This document shows, one piece after another, positions 34,903-44,208 of a stretch of DNA of 64,000 nt. Within the stretch, counting starts at the first letter, position 1, and each line of letters begins with the position of its first letter. Source of the DNA: a virus (lineage: Duplodnaviria > Heunggongvirae > Uroviricota > Caudoviricetes); IMG/VR virus record IMGVR_UViG_3300029590_000324. One strand, written 5' to 3'. Below the pieces are notes generated by a model that saw nothing but the letters and a program-made list of their open reading frames with translations, searched no databases and was not told the origin of the DNA. The position numbers and the translations under genes are program-made.

Positions 34903-37900
34903 ATGCAAAATTATCACAAACACACAAGTTGCTCCAATATTTTCATAGCAGATTCAGCCGCTTCTTTGAAAGAATATGCCAAACGTGCTGTTGAACTTGG
35001 ACATAAAGTTATTTCATCGGTAGAACATTATTGGCAAGGGTATTATTATGAAGCATACGAGCTTGCCAAAGAATATGATTTAAAGTTCATTTTCGGAGCA
35101 GAAGCTGGCTGGGTCAAGGATAGAACATCGAATGATCGTACAAGATGTCATATTATTCTGTTGGCACGAAATGAAAATGGAAGACGAGCAATCAACGACA
35201 TTTTATCTGAAGCCAACTTAACAGGATATTATTATGTTCCACGTATTGACATTGATTTGCTTTTATCTTTACCACCTAAAGATGTGTTTGTTACATCTGC
35301 CTGTATTGCTTTTTGGAAATATGATGATGTCGACGATATTGTTCTGAAGCTTTATAATCATTTTAAGGATAATTTTATGCTTGAAGTTCAATATCATAAT
35401 ACTGAAAAACAAGCACAATTAAATAAACATATTCTCGAATTATCTGAACAATATGGAATAAAAATGATTGCTGGGCTTGACAGTCATTACATACTTGAAA
35501 GCGATGCCTGGAAGCGTGAAGATATATTAACAGCTAAAGGAATTCATTACGAAGATGAAGATGGATGGTATATGGATTATCCTGATGATAAAACCGTTAT
35601 GGACAGGTTTCTTGCTCAGAACGTGCTTACACGAGAGCAAATTCAAGAAGCGATGGATAATACTGATATTCTTCTTACGTTCGACGATATCATTTTGAAT
35701 GATGACATTAAACTGCCGTCGGCTTATCCGGATAAAACTCAAGATGAAAAGAATAAAATCTATAGCAGATTAATAACAAAACAATTCAAAGAATATATGA
35801 AAGCAATTCCTCAATCTGAATACCAGACTTATTTTGAAGGGGTCAAGCATGAGGTTGATGTATATAAGAATACAGGAATGGTCGATTATCCAATGCTCGA
35901 TTATAAAATTGTCCAAAGGGCAATTGAAAAAGGCGGGGTAATCACTGCGACCGGCAGAGGTTCCGGAGTAAGTTTTTTTACAAATACTCTTTGTGGATTT
36001 TCAAAACTTGATAGATTTAAAAGCCCTGTTAAACTTTATCCTGAAAGATTTATGTCCGAAACTCGTATTCTTCAGACCAGATCTCTTCCAGATCTTGATT
36101 TAAACGTATCGGATCCTGAAATATTTGCTGAAGCTCAGAATGAAGTCTTAACTGAAATATATGGAACTCCGGGGCACGCATATCCTATGATTGCCTTTGG
36201 AACAGCCAAAAAGAAATCAGCCTTTAAACTTTATGCACGAGCGCAGAATATGAATTTTGACCTTGCAAATGAAATCTCTAAACAAATAGATGCGTATGAA
36301 GAAGCTTATAAAATAGCTGACGATGATGAAAAGGATGACATAAATATTTATGATTATGTCGATGAGCAGTACCATCAGTATATAACCAATAGCCAAGAAT
36401 ATTGGGGCATTATTATGGATAAGAAAAAAGCTCCTTGCGGATATCTTCTTTATGCTGGCGACATCAGAAAAGAGATTGGACTTATTAAATGTAAGAGCGA
36501 ATCGACTAAGAAAGAGTATATTACCGCTGTAATTGACGGTGCAATAGCTGAGCATTATAAATTTCTCAAAAACGATTTGCTGAAAGTCGATGTTGTTTTA
36601 CTTATTGACAAAATATATAAACGTATCGGGATTAAGCAACATACTGTAAATGAGCTTGATGATATCGTAAGAGATAATCAAAAGGTGTGGGATATCTATG
36701 CGAAAGGCTTAACGATTGGTGTTAATCAAATCGAAAAGGCAAGCACAGCTAAAAAGATGATGAAGTATAAGGCGACTAATGTTTCGGAGCTTTGTGCTTT
36801 TATAGCTGCTATACGCCCCGGTTTCAAATCAATGTATTCTACATTTGAAAGAAGGGAACATTTCGAATATGGCATTGCTGCGATTGACAAACTTATTCAA
36901 ACACCACAGTTTCCAGAGTCTTTTATTTTATATCAAGAAATGCAGATGAGTATTCTGAACTATGCTGGTTTTCCTATGGACGAATGCTATGGTATCATTA
37001 AAGCAATTGCAAAAAAGCATCCAGAAAAAGTCAAGCCTTTGAAGAGTAAATTTGTTGATGGAATAAAAAATCGTATCATTGAAGAAGAACATATGACCGA
37101 AACAGAAGCTGAAGAAAAGAGTTTGCAAATATGGCAGATTATCTCAGATAGTTGTCGCTATAGCTTTAATGCTTCTCATTCGCTCAGTATGGCGTATGAT
37201 TCTTTGTATTGTGCATATTTAAAAGCCTATTATCCTTACGAATTTTATGAAGTGCTCCTTGAAGAATTTTCAGGAAAAGGCAAAAAAGATAAGGTTTCTA
37301 CTTTAAAAGCTGAAATGCTTAAAGGTTTCAATATTCGAGAAGGTGAATATAAATTCGGATTAGACAACAGACGATTCGTTGCAGACCCCGAAAATGGAGT
37401 GATCAATCCTTCGCTTGTTTCAATTAAGAATTTAAGTCAGAATTTAGCAGAGAGCCTATATGATTTTGCTCAAGGCAATACATTCGATAATTATTATTCT
37501 CTATGGAAAGCTTTAAAAGAAGCAAAAATAATAAGTTCTGATCAGCTTGAAATTTTAATTCAATTAGATTATTTTAAAGATTTCGGATCAATCGTAAAGA
37601 TTGAAAAATTTATGAATGCTGTTAAAGAACTCTATGGCAGGGCTTCATTCAAAAAAGCAAACCTTCCGATAGAATATGAAGAGATCATTGCAAAATATTC
37701 TAAAGAAACCGACAAGACATATAGCAAATTCAACTATGATTTAGCGTTAAAAGAAATCTGGAAGACTATTCCCGACAATAAGACGCCGTTATCTACGAGA
37801 ATATCATATGAAAATGTCCGTCTCGGATATATCAAATCAACAATGCCCAAGCTGAGTGATAATTATTATGCAATATCTGATATCAATATGAAATATGCAA

Positions 37901-38115
37901 ACAAGACAATAACAGCATATCGTCTTAATAATGGAGAACTTATTACGATGAAAATCAAAGCCAAAGTATTTGATGCAAATCCACTTAATCAATATGATAT
38001 CATCAAAGCTATTGATATTTCCGAAGAACCCAAGTGGGGTAAAACTCCCGAGGGTGAATGGTATCGTAAGGAAGAAACAGAACTTATTCTCAAAAAATGG
38101 GCGAATGTGAGGTGA
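34903..38115 (+). CDS. dnaE: DNA polymerase III alpha subunit (DnaE-type)
   Basis: N-terminal PHP domain (YHKHTSCSN..EHYWQ); ~1070 aa; AGGAG RBS. Confidence 0.8.
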   Translation: MQNYHKHTSCSNIFIADSAASLKEYAKRAVELGHKVISSVEHYWQGYYYEAYELAKEYDLKFIFGAEAGWVKDRTSNDRTRCHIILLARNENGRRAINDILSEANLTGYYYVPRIDIDLLLSLPPKDVFVTSACIAFWKYDDVDDIVLKLYNHFKDNFMLEVQYHNTEKQAQLNKHILELSEQYGIKMIAGLDSHYILESDAWKREDILTAKGIHYEDEDGWYMDYPDDKTVMDRFLAQNVLTREQIQEAMDNTDILLTFDDIILNDDIKLPSAYPDKTQDEKNKIYSRLITKQFKEYMKAIPQSEYQTYFEGVKHEVDVYKNTGMVDYPMLDYKIVQRAIEKGGVITATGRGSGVSFFTNTLCGFSKLDRFKSPVKLYPERFMSETRILQTRSLPDLDLNVSDPEIFAEAQNEVLTEIYGTPGHAYPMIAFGTAKKKSAFKLYARAQNMNFDLANEISKQIDAYEEAYKIADDDEKDDINIYDYVDEQYHQYITNSQEYWGIIMDKKKAPCGYLLYAGDIRKEIGLIKCKSESTKKEYITAVIDGAIAEHYKFLKNDLLKVDVVLLIDKIYKRIGIKQHTVNELDDIVRDNQKVWDIYAKGLTIGVNQIEKASTAKKMMKYKATNVSELCAFIAAIRPGFKSMYSTFERREHFEYGIAAIDKLIQTPQFPESFILYQEMQMSILNYAGFPMDECYGIIKAIAKKHPEKVKPLKSKFVDGIKNRIIEEEHMTETEAEEKSLQIWQIISDSCRYSFNASHSLSMAYDSLYCAYLKAYYPYEFYEVLLEEFSGKGKKDKVSTLKAEMLKGFNIREGEYKFGLDNRRFVADPENGVINPSLVSIKNLSQNLAESLYDFAQGNTFDNYYSLWKALKEAKIISSDQLEILIQLDYFKDFGSIVKIEKFMNAVKELYGRASFKKANLPIEYEEIIAKYSKETDKTYSKFNYDLALKEIWKTIPDNKTPLSTRISYENVRLGYIKSTMPKLSDNYYAISDINMKYANKTITAYRLNNGELITMKIKAKVFDANPLNQYDIIKAIDISEEPKWGKTPEGEWYRKEETELILKKWANVR

Positions 38116-38119
38116 TAGA

Positions 38120-38650
38120 ATGCTTTCCCATTATAAATATACCGATAAGGAAAAAGAAGAGCTGATGAAGTCTCTGACGATAATAGTCGATTCCCGTGAA
38201 AAAGTCAACAAATCAATTCTTGATTGGTTCGATAAAAATCACATCAATTATGTAGTTAAAGCTCTGAAGAACGGTGATTATAGCTTCTATATTCCCGCCA
38301 ATGAAAAGCTGAATATAGATCGAGATATGTATTTCGACCGCCAGATTATGGTGGAACGCAAAGCGAGTCTCGAAGAAATCAGCGGAAATATAACTCAAAA
38401 CAGAGCGAGATTTGAAGAGGAGCTTGCTACATTCTCCGGCAAAAAATATCTGATGATAGAGAATGCAAACTATGCTGATATCATTCAGAAAAAATATAAG
38501 ACGGATATTTCGCCAAAAGCATTCCTTGCAACGTTGCATACATATAACCACAGATACGGACTTGAATTGATGTTTATGCCCGACGCAGCGTTCAGCGGTG
38601 TTTATATTTATGGCGTATTATCGTATTATCTGAAATCACAATTAAGATAA
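38120..38650 (+). CDS. ERCC4/XPF-Mus81-type nuclease domain protein (possible flap/junction resolvase)
   Basis: IVDSRE ... VERKASLEEISGNI matches the ERCC4 signature VDxRE ... ERKxxxDLxxSI. Confidence 0.45.
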   Translation: MLSHYKYTDKEKEELMKSLTIIVDSREKVNKSILDWFDKNHINYVVKALKNGDYSFYIPANEKLNIDRDMYFDRQIMVERKASLEEISGNITQNRARFEEELATFSGKKYLMIENANYADIIQKKYKTDISPKAFLATLHTYNHRYGLELMFMPDAAFSGVYIYGVLSYYLKSQLR

Positions 38651-38689
38651 CAAGTGCAGCTCTCTGGCTGCATCTGAGAAAGGAAATAG

Positions 38690-39991
38690 ATGGACAAGGT
38701 ATTTGACATATTTAAAAAGCTGCAATCAACTACTAAGCGCAACGAAAAAATTCAGATCCTTAAAGAGAACCAAGATAACACTTTGTTCCAGACGACTCTG
38801 AAATGGCTCCTTAATCCGTTTGAAATCACGGGTATCAGCACAAAAAAACTCAATAAACAAGTTCCATATAACACCTCTCCTATTCAGACTTGGAGAGATA
38901 TGATGGTGTACTTGTCCGAAAACAATACCGGTAAAGACACGGATATTGCTATCGTGCAAGGATTTATTGAAAGCCAGCCCGAGAAATATCGGGATTATTA
39001 TAAGCAGCTTATTACTAAATCACTAAAGCTTGGAATAGATGCGAAAACGGTAAATAGCGTTTATGGGAAAAATTTTGTACCCGTATTTGATTTGCAGCTT
39101 GCAGAAAAGTATTTTGAAAAGCCCCAAAAGATAATGGGTGATTTTACCCTTACCGAAAAACTTGACGGATATAGATTAGCAGCAATTATACATAATGACA
39201 AGGTTGAATTTTATTCTCGTCAAGGACAGCCTGTCGAGGGGCTTATCGAAGTCGAAACAGATTTGTCGCAATTTTGTAAAGAGGAGAAGATACATAATGC
39301 TTTTTTCGATGGTGAGCTTGTCGCTATAAACTGCGAAGAACTTACTTCTGCTGAGAACTACAAGATAGTAACTACTACGGCAAGAAAGAAAGGCATTAAA
39401 ACCGGTCTCAAATATATGGTGTTCGATACACTTAGGTATGAAGATTTCATTAAACAGACCTGCGACATAGAATACTGGAAGCGCAGAGCGTTACTTGAGA
39501 AGATATTTGAGGATAACAAGTTTGCCCATGTGCGTCTCTTGCCCGTTTTGTATCAGGGTTCTGATAAGGAAATGATAACTGAATATCTGAACAAAGCCCG
39601 TGATAAGAGCAAAGAAGGAATTATGATCAACCTTAACGAGGGCAAGTACGATTTTAAAAGAACATATAACTTGCTCAAAGTAAAGGTAATGCAAGATGCT
39701 GATCTCAGAATTATAGATGTTTACGAAGGCATAGGTGAAAACACAGGTAAGCTTGGTGGAGTTGTCGTTGAATTTATATATCAGGACAAGCATTATGTTT
39801 GTGGCTGCGGCAGTGGTTTTAACGAAAAAGAACGTGTGGAATATTGGAAACACCCCGAATTGATAGTAAGCAAGATCGCTACGATATCGTATTTTGAAAT
39901 TACTAAGAACGATGAGGGCGGATATGGTCTGAGGTTCGCCATTTGGACACATCGTATCAGAGACGACAAAACAGAAATAAGTATGAATTAA
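38690..39991 (+). CDS. ATP-dependent DNA ligase
   Basis: Motif I KLDGYR; 433 aa with a C-terminal OB-like region. Confidence 0.75.
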   Translation: MDKVFDIFKKLQSTTKRNEKIQILKENQDNTLFQTTLKWLLNPFEITGISTKKLNKQVPYNTSPIQTWRDMMVYLSENNTGKDTDIAIVQGFIESQPEKYRDYYKQLITKSLKLGIDAKTVNSVYGKNFVPVFDLQLAEKYFEKPQKIMGDFTLTEKLDGYRLAAIIHNDKVEFYSRQGQPVEGLIEVETDLSQFCKEEKIHNAFFDGELVAINCEELTSAENYKIVTTTARKKGIKTGLKYMVFDTLRYEDFIKQTCDIEYWKRRALLEKIFEDNKFAHVRLLPVLYQGSDKEMITEYLNKARDKSKEGIMINLNEGKYDFKRTYNLLKVKVMQDADLRIIDVYEGIGENTGKLGGVVVEFIYQDKHYVCGCGSGFNEKERVEYWKHPELIVSKIATISYFEITKNDEGGYGLRFAIWTHRIRDDKTEISMN

Positions 39992-40012
39992 CACGTTGAA
40001 AGGAAGTCATAT

Positions 40013-40660
40013 ATGAGTAAAGATTGGACAGGCAATAAGAAAACAACATTCGTTACGCTCGGTGCAAGTAATCACACCGACCACGATAGAGCTGAACACG
40101 ATTATTACGCTACTGAACCTAAAGCCGTTGAAGAACTAATGAAAGTAGAAAAATTCAATGGCTCTATCTGGGAAAATTGTTGTGGTGAGGGTCATTTGTC
40201 AGAGTCTATGATTAAAGCTGGCTATGATGTTGTAAGCACGGACTTAGTTGATAGAGGCTATGGAGAAGGTAATATTGATTTCTTCAAATGCAATAAAACT
40301 CTTGCTGACAATATAGTTACTAATCCACCCTATTCAACAGCATTAGAGTGGATGGAACATTCGCTTGACTTGCTTGAAAGCGGTAAAAAACTTGCACTAT
40401 TTCTTCCGATACAATTTCTTGAAAGTGACAAAAGAACAAAATCGTTTAAGACAAGACCGCCTGTAAGAGTGTGGGTAGCTGCTAACAGACTACTTTGTGG
40501 AATGAACGGTGATTTCAGTGCAAAAGATAAAGATGGTAATACTCTTTACAATAAAGATGGAACAGAAAAAAGAATGTCATCTGCAAAGTGTTACGCTTGG
40601 TTTGTCTGGGAAGTAGGCAATTATAGCAACGCACCTGTTATCGGGTGGATAAATACATAA
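40013..40660 (+). CDS. DNA N6-adenine (or N4-cytosine) methyltransferase
   Basis: Catalytic NPPY (IVTNPPYSTA). Confidence 0.6.
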   Translation: MSKDWTGNKKTTFVTLGASNHTDHDRAEHDYYATEPKAVEELMKVEKFNGSIWENCCGEGHLSESMIKAGYDVVSTDLVDRGYGEGNIDFFKCNKTLADNIVTNPPYSTALEWMEHSLDLLESGKKLALFLPIQFLESDKRTKSFKTRPPVRVWVAANRLLCGMNGDFSAKDKDGNTLYNKDGTEKRMSSAKCYAWFVWEVGNYSNAPVIGWINT

Positions 40661-40692
40661 GGTAATTAATATATTAGAAAGGATAGAATACA

Positions 40693-41430
40693 ATGAGTAT
40701 AAAATCAGAAACATTTAGAGCAGAACTCGACACAATTACAAACTCCAACATTCGTCAGTTTTGTATAGATATGCTTGAAGATGCTCCCGATTACTTTTTT
40801 ACAGTAGCAGCTTCGAGCACTGGCAAGTATCATCCATCTTATGCCCTATCCACAGGAGGATTAGTTCGTCACACAAAAGCCCTTGTAGGGATCGCAAACG
40901 ACCTGCTTGCACTTGAGCAGTTTGATTTTGACAACGATACCAAGGATATGATCCGTGTTGCGGGAATACTCCACGATGCAAAGAAGCACGGCGACAACGG
41001 CAGCACTTATACGGTTTTTGACCATCCTGTTATCGCAGCTGAATGGGTTTGTAACAGCAGAAGTGAAGCTATCTCGCAGGCGGATAAAAACAAAATAGCA
41101 AGTATGATCGCTTCACATATGGGTGGTTGGAACACAGATAAGCGTAGCAACATCGTTCTCCCTAAGCCCGTGACTGCCGCACAGCAGTTTGTACATATGT
41201 GTGATTATCTTGCAAGCCGTAAGCATTTAGAGTATGTTTTTGAACAGCCCAACATTAACTCTTATTCGGCACCTGCTGCGGAGAATTCTGACGAGTTCAT
41301 TATGCCCTTTGGAAAGTATAAAGGTCAAAAATTCGTTGATATAAAGTCTGATATTGATTACCTTACATGGCTTCAAGAAAACTGCACTCTTAGAGAGCCG
41401 CTTAAATCCTTTATCGAAAAAGAAATTTGA
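40693..41430 (+). CDS. HD-domain phosphohydrolase with C-terminal DUF3820-like motif
   Basis: HD dyad AGILHDAKKHG; C-terminal FGKYKGQKFVDI...YLTWL. Confidence 0.55.
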   Translation: MSIKSETFRAELDTITNSNIRQFCIDMLEDAPDYFFTVAASSTGKYHPSYALSTGGLVRHTKALVGIANDLLALEQFDFDNDTKDMIRVAGILHDAKKHGDNGSTYTVFDHPVIAAEWVCNSRSEAISQADKNKIASMIASHMGGWNTDKRSNIVLPKPVTAAQQFVHMCDYLASRKHLEYVFEQPNINSYSAPAAENSDEFIMPFGKYKGQKFVDIKSDIDYLTWLQENCTLREPLKSFIEKEI

Positions 41431-41448
41431 TTCCACATCCACAATCCC

Positions 41449-41477
41449 TTGACATATTGGATATAATAATATATAAT
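41449..41477 (+). promoter_or_regulatory. sigma70-type promoter with conserved phage element
   Basis: CCCTTGACATATTGGATATAAT; TTGACA 41449-41454, 17 nt, TATAAT 41472-41477. Confidence 0.6.
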
Positions 41478-41543
41478 AGTAACTGTAACAAAAACAAATC
41501 CCCTCGATAAGGGGGATATAATACTATGAAAGGATGAAAAACA

Positions 41544-42185
41544 TTGAACAGAGACATAATCAGAGCAATTTATGCTCTTATTGCTACAAATATATGCTGC
41601 ACTGCTTGTTTAGGATGCTATTTTAACAGTGCATTAAAGCATATTGGATATGATAAGCAAAACCCTACAATATCCGTTGAAGATTTTTCATCAACTCACG
41701 CTACAGAAAAAGCCACCTTGGTAACAGTTTCGTATGATGAAAAACTTGACTTGGACACTTCTTTCAAAACATATATGGATTACCGCACCATAACCGATAC
41801 ATCGTCCGCTCAGTACAACCTCCAGCAGCACGCATGGACTGATGAAAACGGACTAAGACGTATTGGGGATACATACATGGTGGCACTTGGAACTTACTAT
41901 ACAGAAAATTGCGGAGAACAGTTTCATGTGATCTTAGACAGTGGGTCGGAATTTGATGTCACCGTTGGAGATATTAAAGACGATCGCCATACCGATGTGA
42001 ATAATCAGTATTCTCCAGTGTATGATAACGACGGCAATTTTATCAGTGCGAATATTATCGAATTTATCGTAGATACAGATTTGATGCCCTCTTGTGTGCG
42101 TCGCAGTGGAACAGTGGGAACACTTAACGATTTTGAGGGAAATGTTATTTCAATAGAAAGGCTTTATGACGGTTTAACAGTATGA
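41544..42185 (+). CDS. hypothetical secreted/lipoprotein-like protein (213 aa, TTG start)
   Basis: N-terminal hydrophobic segment ending ACLGC (lipobox-like); start codon uncertain. Confidence 0.35.
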   Translation: MNRDIIRAIYALIATNICCTACLGCYFNSALKHIGYDKQNPTISVEDFSSTHATEKATLVTVSYDEKLDLDTSFKTYMDYRTITDTSSAQYNLQQHAWTDENGLRRIGDTYMVALGTYYTENCGEQFHVILDSGSEFDVTVGDIKDDRHTDVNNQYSPVYDNDGNFISANIIEFIVDTDLMPSCVRRSGTVGTLNDFEGNVISIERLYDGLTV

Positions 42186-42373
42186 CAAGCAAAGAAAAAT
42201 ATACAGATGAAGTTGAACGTATGGTTAAAAGATATGAAGAGATTAACCGAAGGGCAAAAACAGTGATCCGCAAACCCACTCCGGAAGAACTGAAATTTTA
42301 TGAAGAGGTTTTAGCGCAACACAATTCGCCTAAATATTCAGGCGGATTAACATATCAGAAAGGAGAATCATAA
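42182..42373 (+). CDS. hypothetical protein (63 aa)
   Basis: ATGA overlap with upstream ORF. Confidence 0.4.
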   Translation: MTSKEKYTDEVERMVKRYEEINRRAKTVIRKPTPEELKFYEEVLAQHNSPKYSGGLTYQKGES

Positions 42374-42374
42374 T

Positions 42375-42629
42375 ATGATTGAAAATTTTCGAGTTAAATT
42401 AACAACTCCCAGAGATGTTATAGATTTTTCTGCAGCAGCAAGCAGCTTACCTCTCGGAACAGAAATAACAGCTGCTCATGGCAATTTTATAGTAGATGCC
42501 AAGTCCATCATGGGCCTTTATTCTCTTAATCTTAGCGAGCCCATCGCCGTGGAAATTAAGTCAGATGACGTTGATACATATATTAAAGATTTTAATAACT
42601 GGATCGTGAGGGACGAAATATGCGAATAA
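42375..42629 (+). CDS. HPr-like fold protein lacking the phosphorylatable His
   Basis: VDAKSIMGLYSLNL matches the HPr core LKSIMGVMSLGI, but the His15-equivalent region is not conserved. Confidence 0.35.
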   Translation: MIENFRVKLTTPRDVIDFSAAASSLPLGTEITAAHGNFIVDAKSIMGLYSLNLSEPIAVEIKSDDVDTYIKDFNNWIVRDEICE

Positions 42630-43303
42630 TTAACCCCGGTTTTAACTTCGTTTACGAACCAAATGCAGAACAGATGCTTGATACTATCGAAAAAGCATAT
42701 CGCATTTGTTACCAGTCCGAGCCCAAAGGCAATAGAAACTCATTTATCACTAATAAAATAAAGATAGGACATGAGAGCCCACTGGAGCACGCTAATATTT
42801 CTGTTGTCATTGAAACCAATAGGGGAGTTACCCACGAGATAGTCCGCCACAGGATAGCTTCTTTTTCTCAGTCATCTACTCGCTACTGCAATTATTCCAA
42901 GGACAAGTTTGGAAATCAGTTAACCTTTATTCGTCCCGAATGGGTCAGTGAAAATGTTCTTGGCGATTGGGGAAGGCTTGATGGCTGGAAAAAGTGCAAG
43001 GATATTTCAGACGAAGAGATGATGTGGCTGAATAGCTGTCACCAGTGCGAAGAGATTTATCTTTCTTTAATCGCACATGGCTGGACGGCTCAGCAGGCTC
43101 GTGATGTTTTAAATAACTCTATAGCTACCCAGATTGTGGTAACGATGAATGTTCGTGAATGGCGTCACTTTTTTAAGCTGCGTGCGATCGGCACAACAGG
43201 TCAGCCACATCCTGAGATGCTCCAGATTATAATTCCAATGCTGGAAATGTTTAAAGAAAAAATTCCTGTACTCTTTGACGACTTGGAGGTAAAACATGAA
43301 TAA
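42620..43303 (+). CDS. thyX: flavin-dependent thymidylate synthase
   Basis: ThyX motif RHRIASFSQSSTR (RHRxxSxxxxSxR). Confidence 0.8.
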   Translation: MRIINPGFNFVYEPNAEQMLDTIEKAYRICYQSEPKGNRNSFITNKIKIGHESPLEHANISVVIETNRGVTHEIVRHRIASFSQSSTRYCNYSKDKFGNQLTFIRPEWVSENVLGDWGRLDGWKKCKDISDEEMMWLNSCHQCEEIYLSLIAHGWTAQQARDVLNNSIATQIVVTMNVREWRHFFKLRAIGTTGQPHPEMLQIIIPMLEMFKEKIPVLFDDLEVKHE

Positions 43304-43832
43304 TATAGTTTGTATTCTCGGCCCATCCGGTTCAGGCAAGACAACTGTAGAACAGATCCTTAACGAAAAATATGGCTTAAAGCCTATCCGTTCATATACG
43401 ACCAGACCAAGAAGAAATCTGGAAGAAGTTAATCATATCTTTGTCTCGAATGAAGAATTTGATACCATTAAGTTCGAAGATATGGTAGCTTTCACAAATT
43501 ATAACGGCTATCGTTATTGTGCAACAAAGCAACAGGTTGATAAATGTGATACATATGTAATTGATCCTGCTGGTTTAGCAATATTGGATAATTTATATAA
43601 TGGCAATAAGAATATTATATCGGTTTACTTGAAAGTCAATGCCAACATTTGCTTAGAACGTATGCAGGGTAGAGGAGACAGTTTTGACGACGCTTTTGAA
43701 CGTATAAAAAACGATCTTCTGGCGTTTAAGGATGTTCATGCTGATTTGATAATCAATAACGAAGAATATGGTCCGGAAAGAGCAGCCGATATAATCTATT
43801 GCAAATTTTTCGAAATGCCCGATGACTGCTGA
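43296..43832 (+). CDS. P-loop nucleotide/nucleoside-monophosphate kinase (guanylate-kinase-like)
   Basis: Walker A GPSGSGKTT; 178 aa. Confidence 0.5.
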   Translation: MNNIVCILGPSGSGKTTVEQILNEKYGLKPIRSYTTRPRRNLEEVNHIFVSNEEFDTIKFEDMVAFTNYNGYRYCATKQQVDKCDTYVIDPAGLAILDNLYNGNKNIISVYLKVNANICLERMQGRGDSFDDAFERIKNDLLAFKDVHADLIINNEEYGPERAADIIYCKFFEMPDDC

Positions 43833-44196
43833 TAAAATCTATTCAAGTGTATATCAGGATGTCTATCGTATTCATACGGGAGTGATTTTTCTTGTAAATA
43901 AATTTACCCAGGTCTATTACTCCCTAAAAGACGTTCCCAATAAAAGATATTATAATTCAGAATATTTACGTATACTCACCGACAATGCCATAAATGAGGC
44001 AACCGGTGAGATTTATAGAATAGGTACTGTCATTTATGAGGGATTTCCGATTAGACTTGCAGAAAAAAACATGTGGTCGTATGAGCTTAAGTTATGTTCG
44101 GGGGCGTGTGTAGGCGGAGCTAAGGAGTTCAGACAGCTTACAGAAATAATGAACGACATAATAGAAGGAAAATACGACGAAATTACAAACGATTAA
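43822..44196 (+). CDS. hypothetical protein (124 aa)
   Basis: Overlaps the upstream stop. Confidence 0.45.
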   Translation: MTADKIYSSVYQDVYRIHTGVIFLVNKFTQVYYSLKDVPNKRYYNSEYLRILTDNAINEATGEIYRIGTVIYEGFPIRLAEKNMWSYELKLCSGACVGGAKEFRQLTEIMNDIIEGKYDEITND

Positions 44197-44208
44197 AGGA
44201 GAACTATA

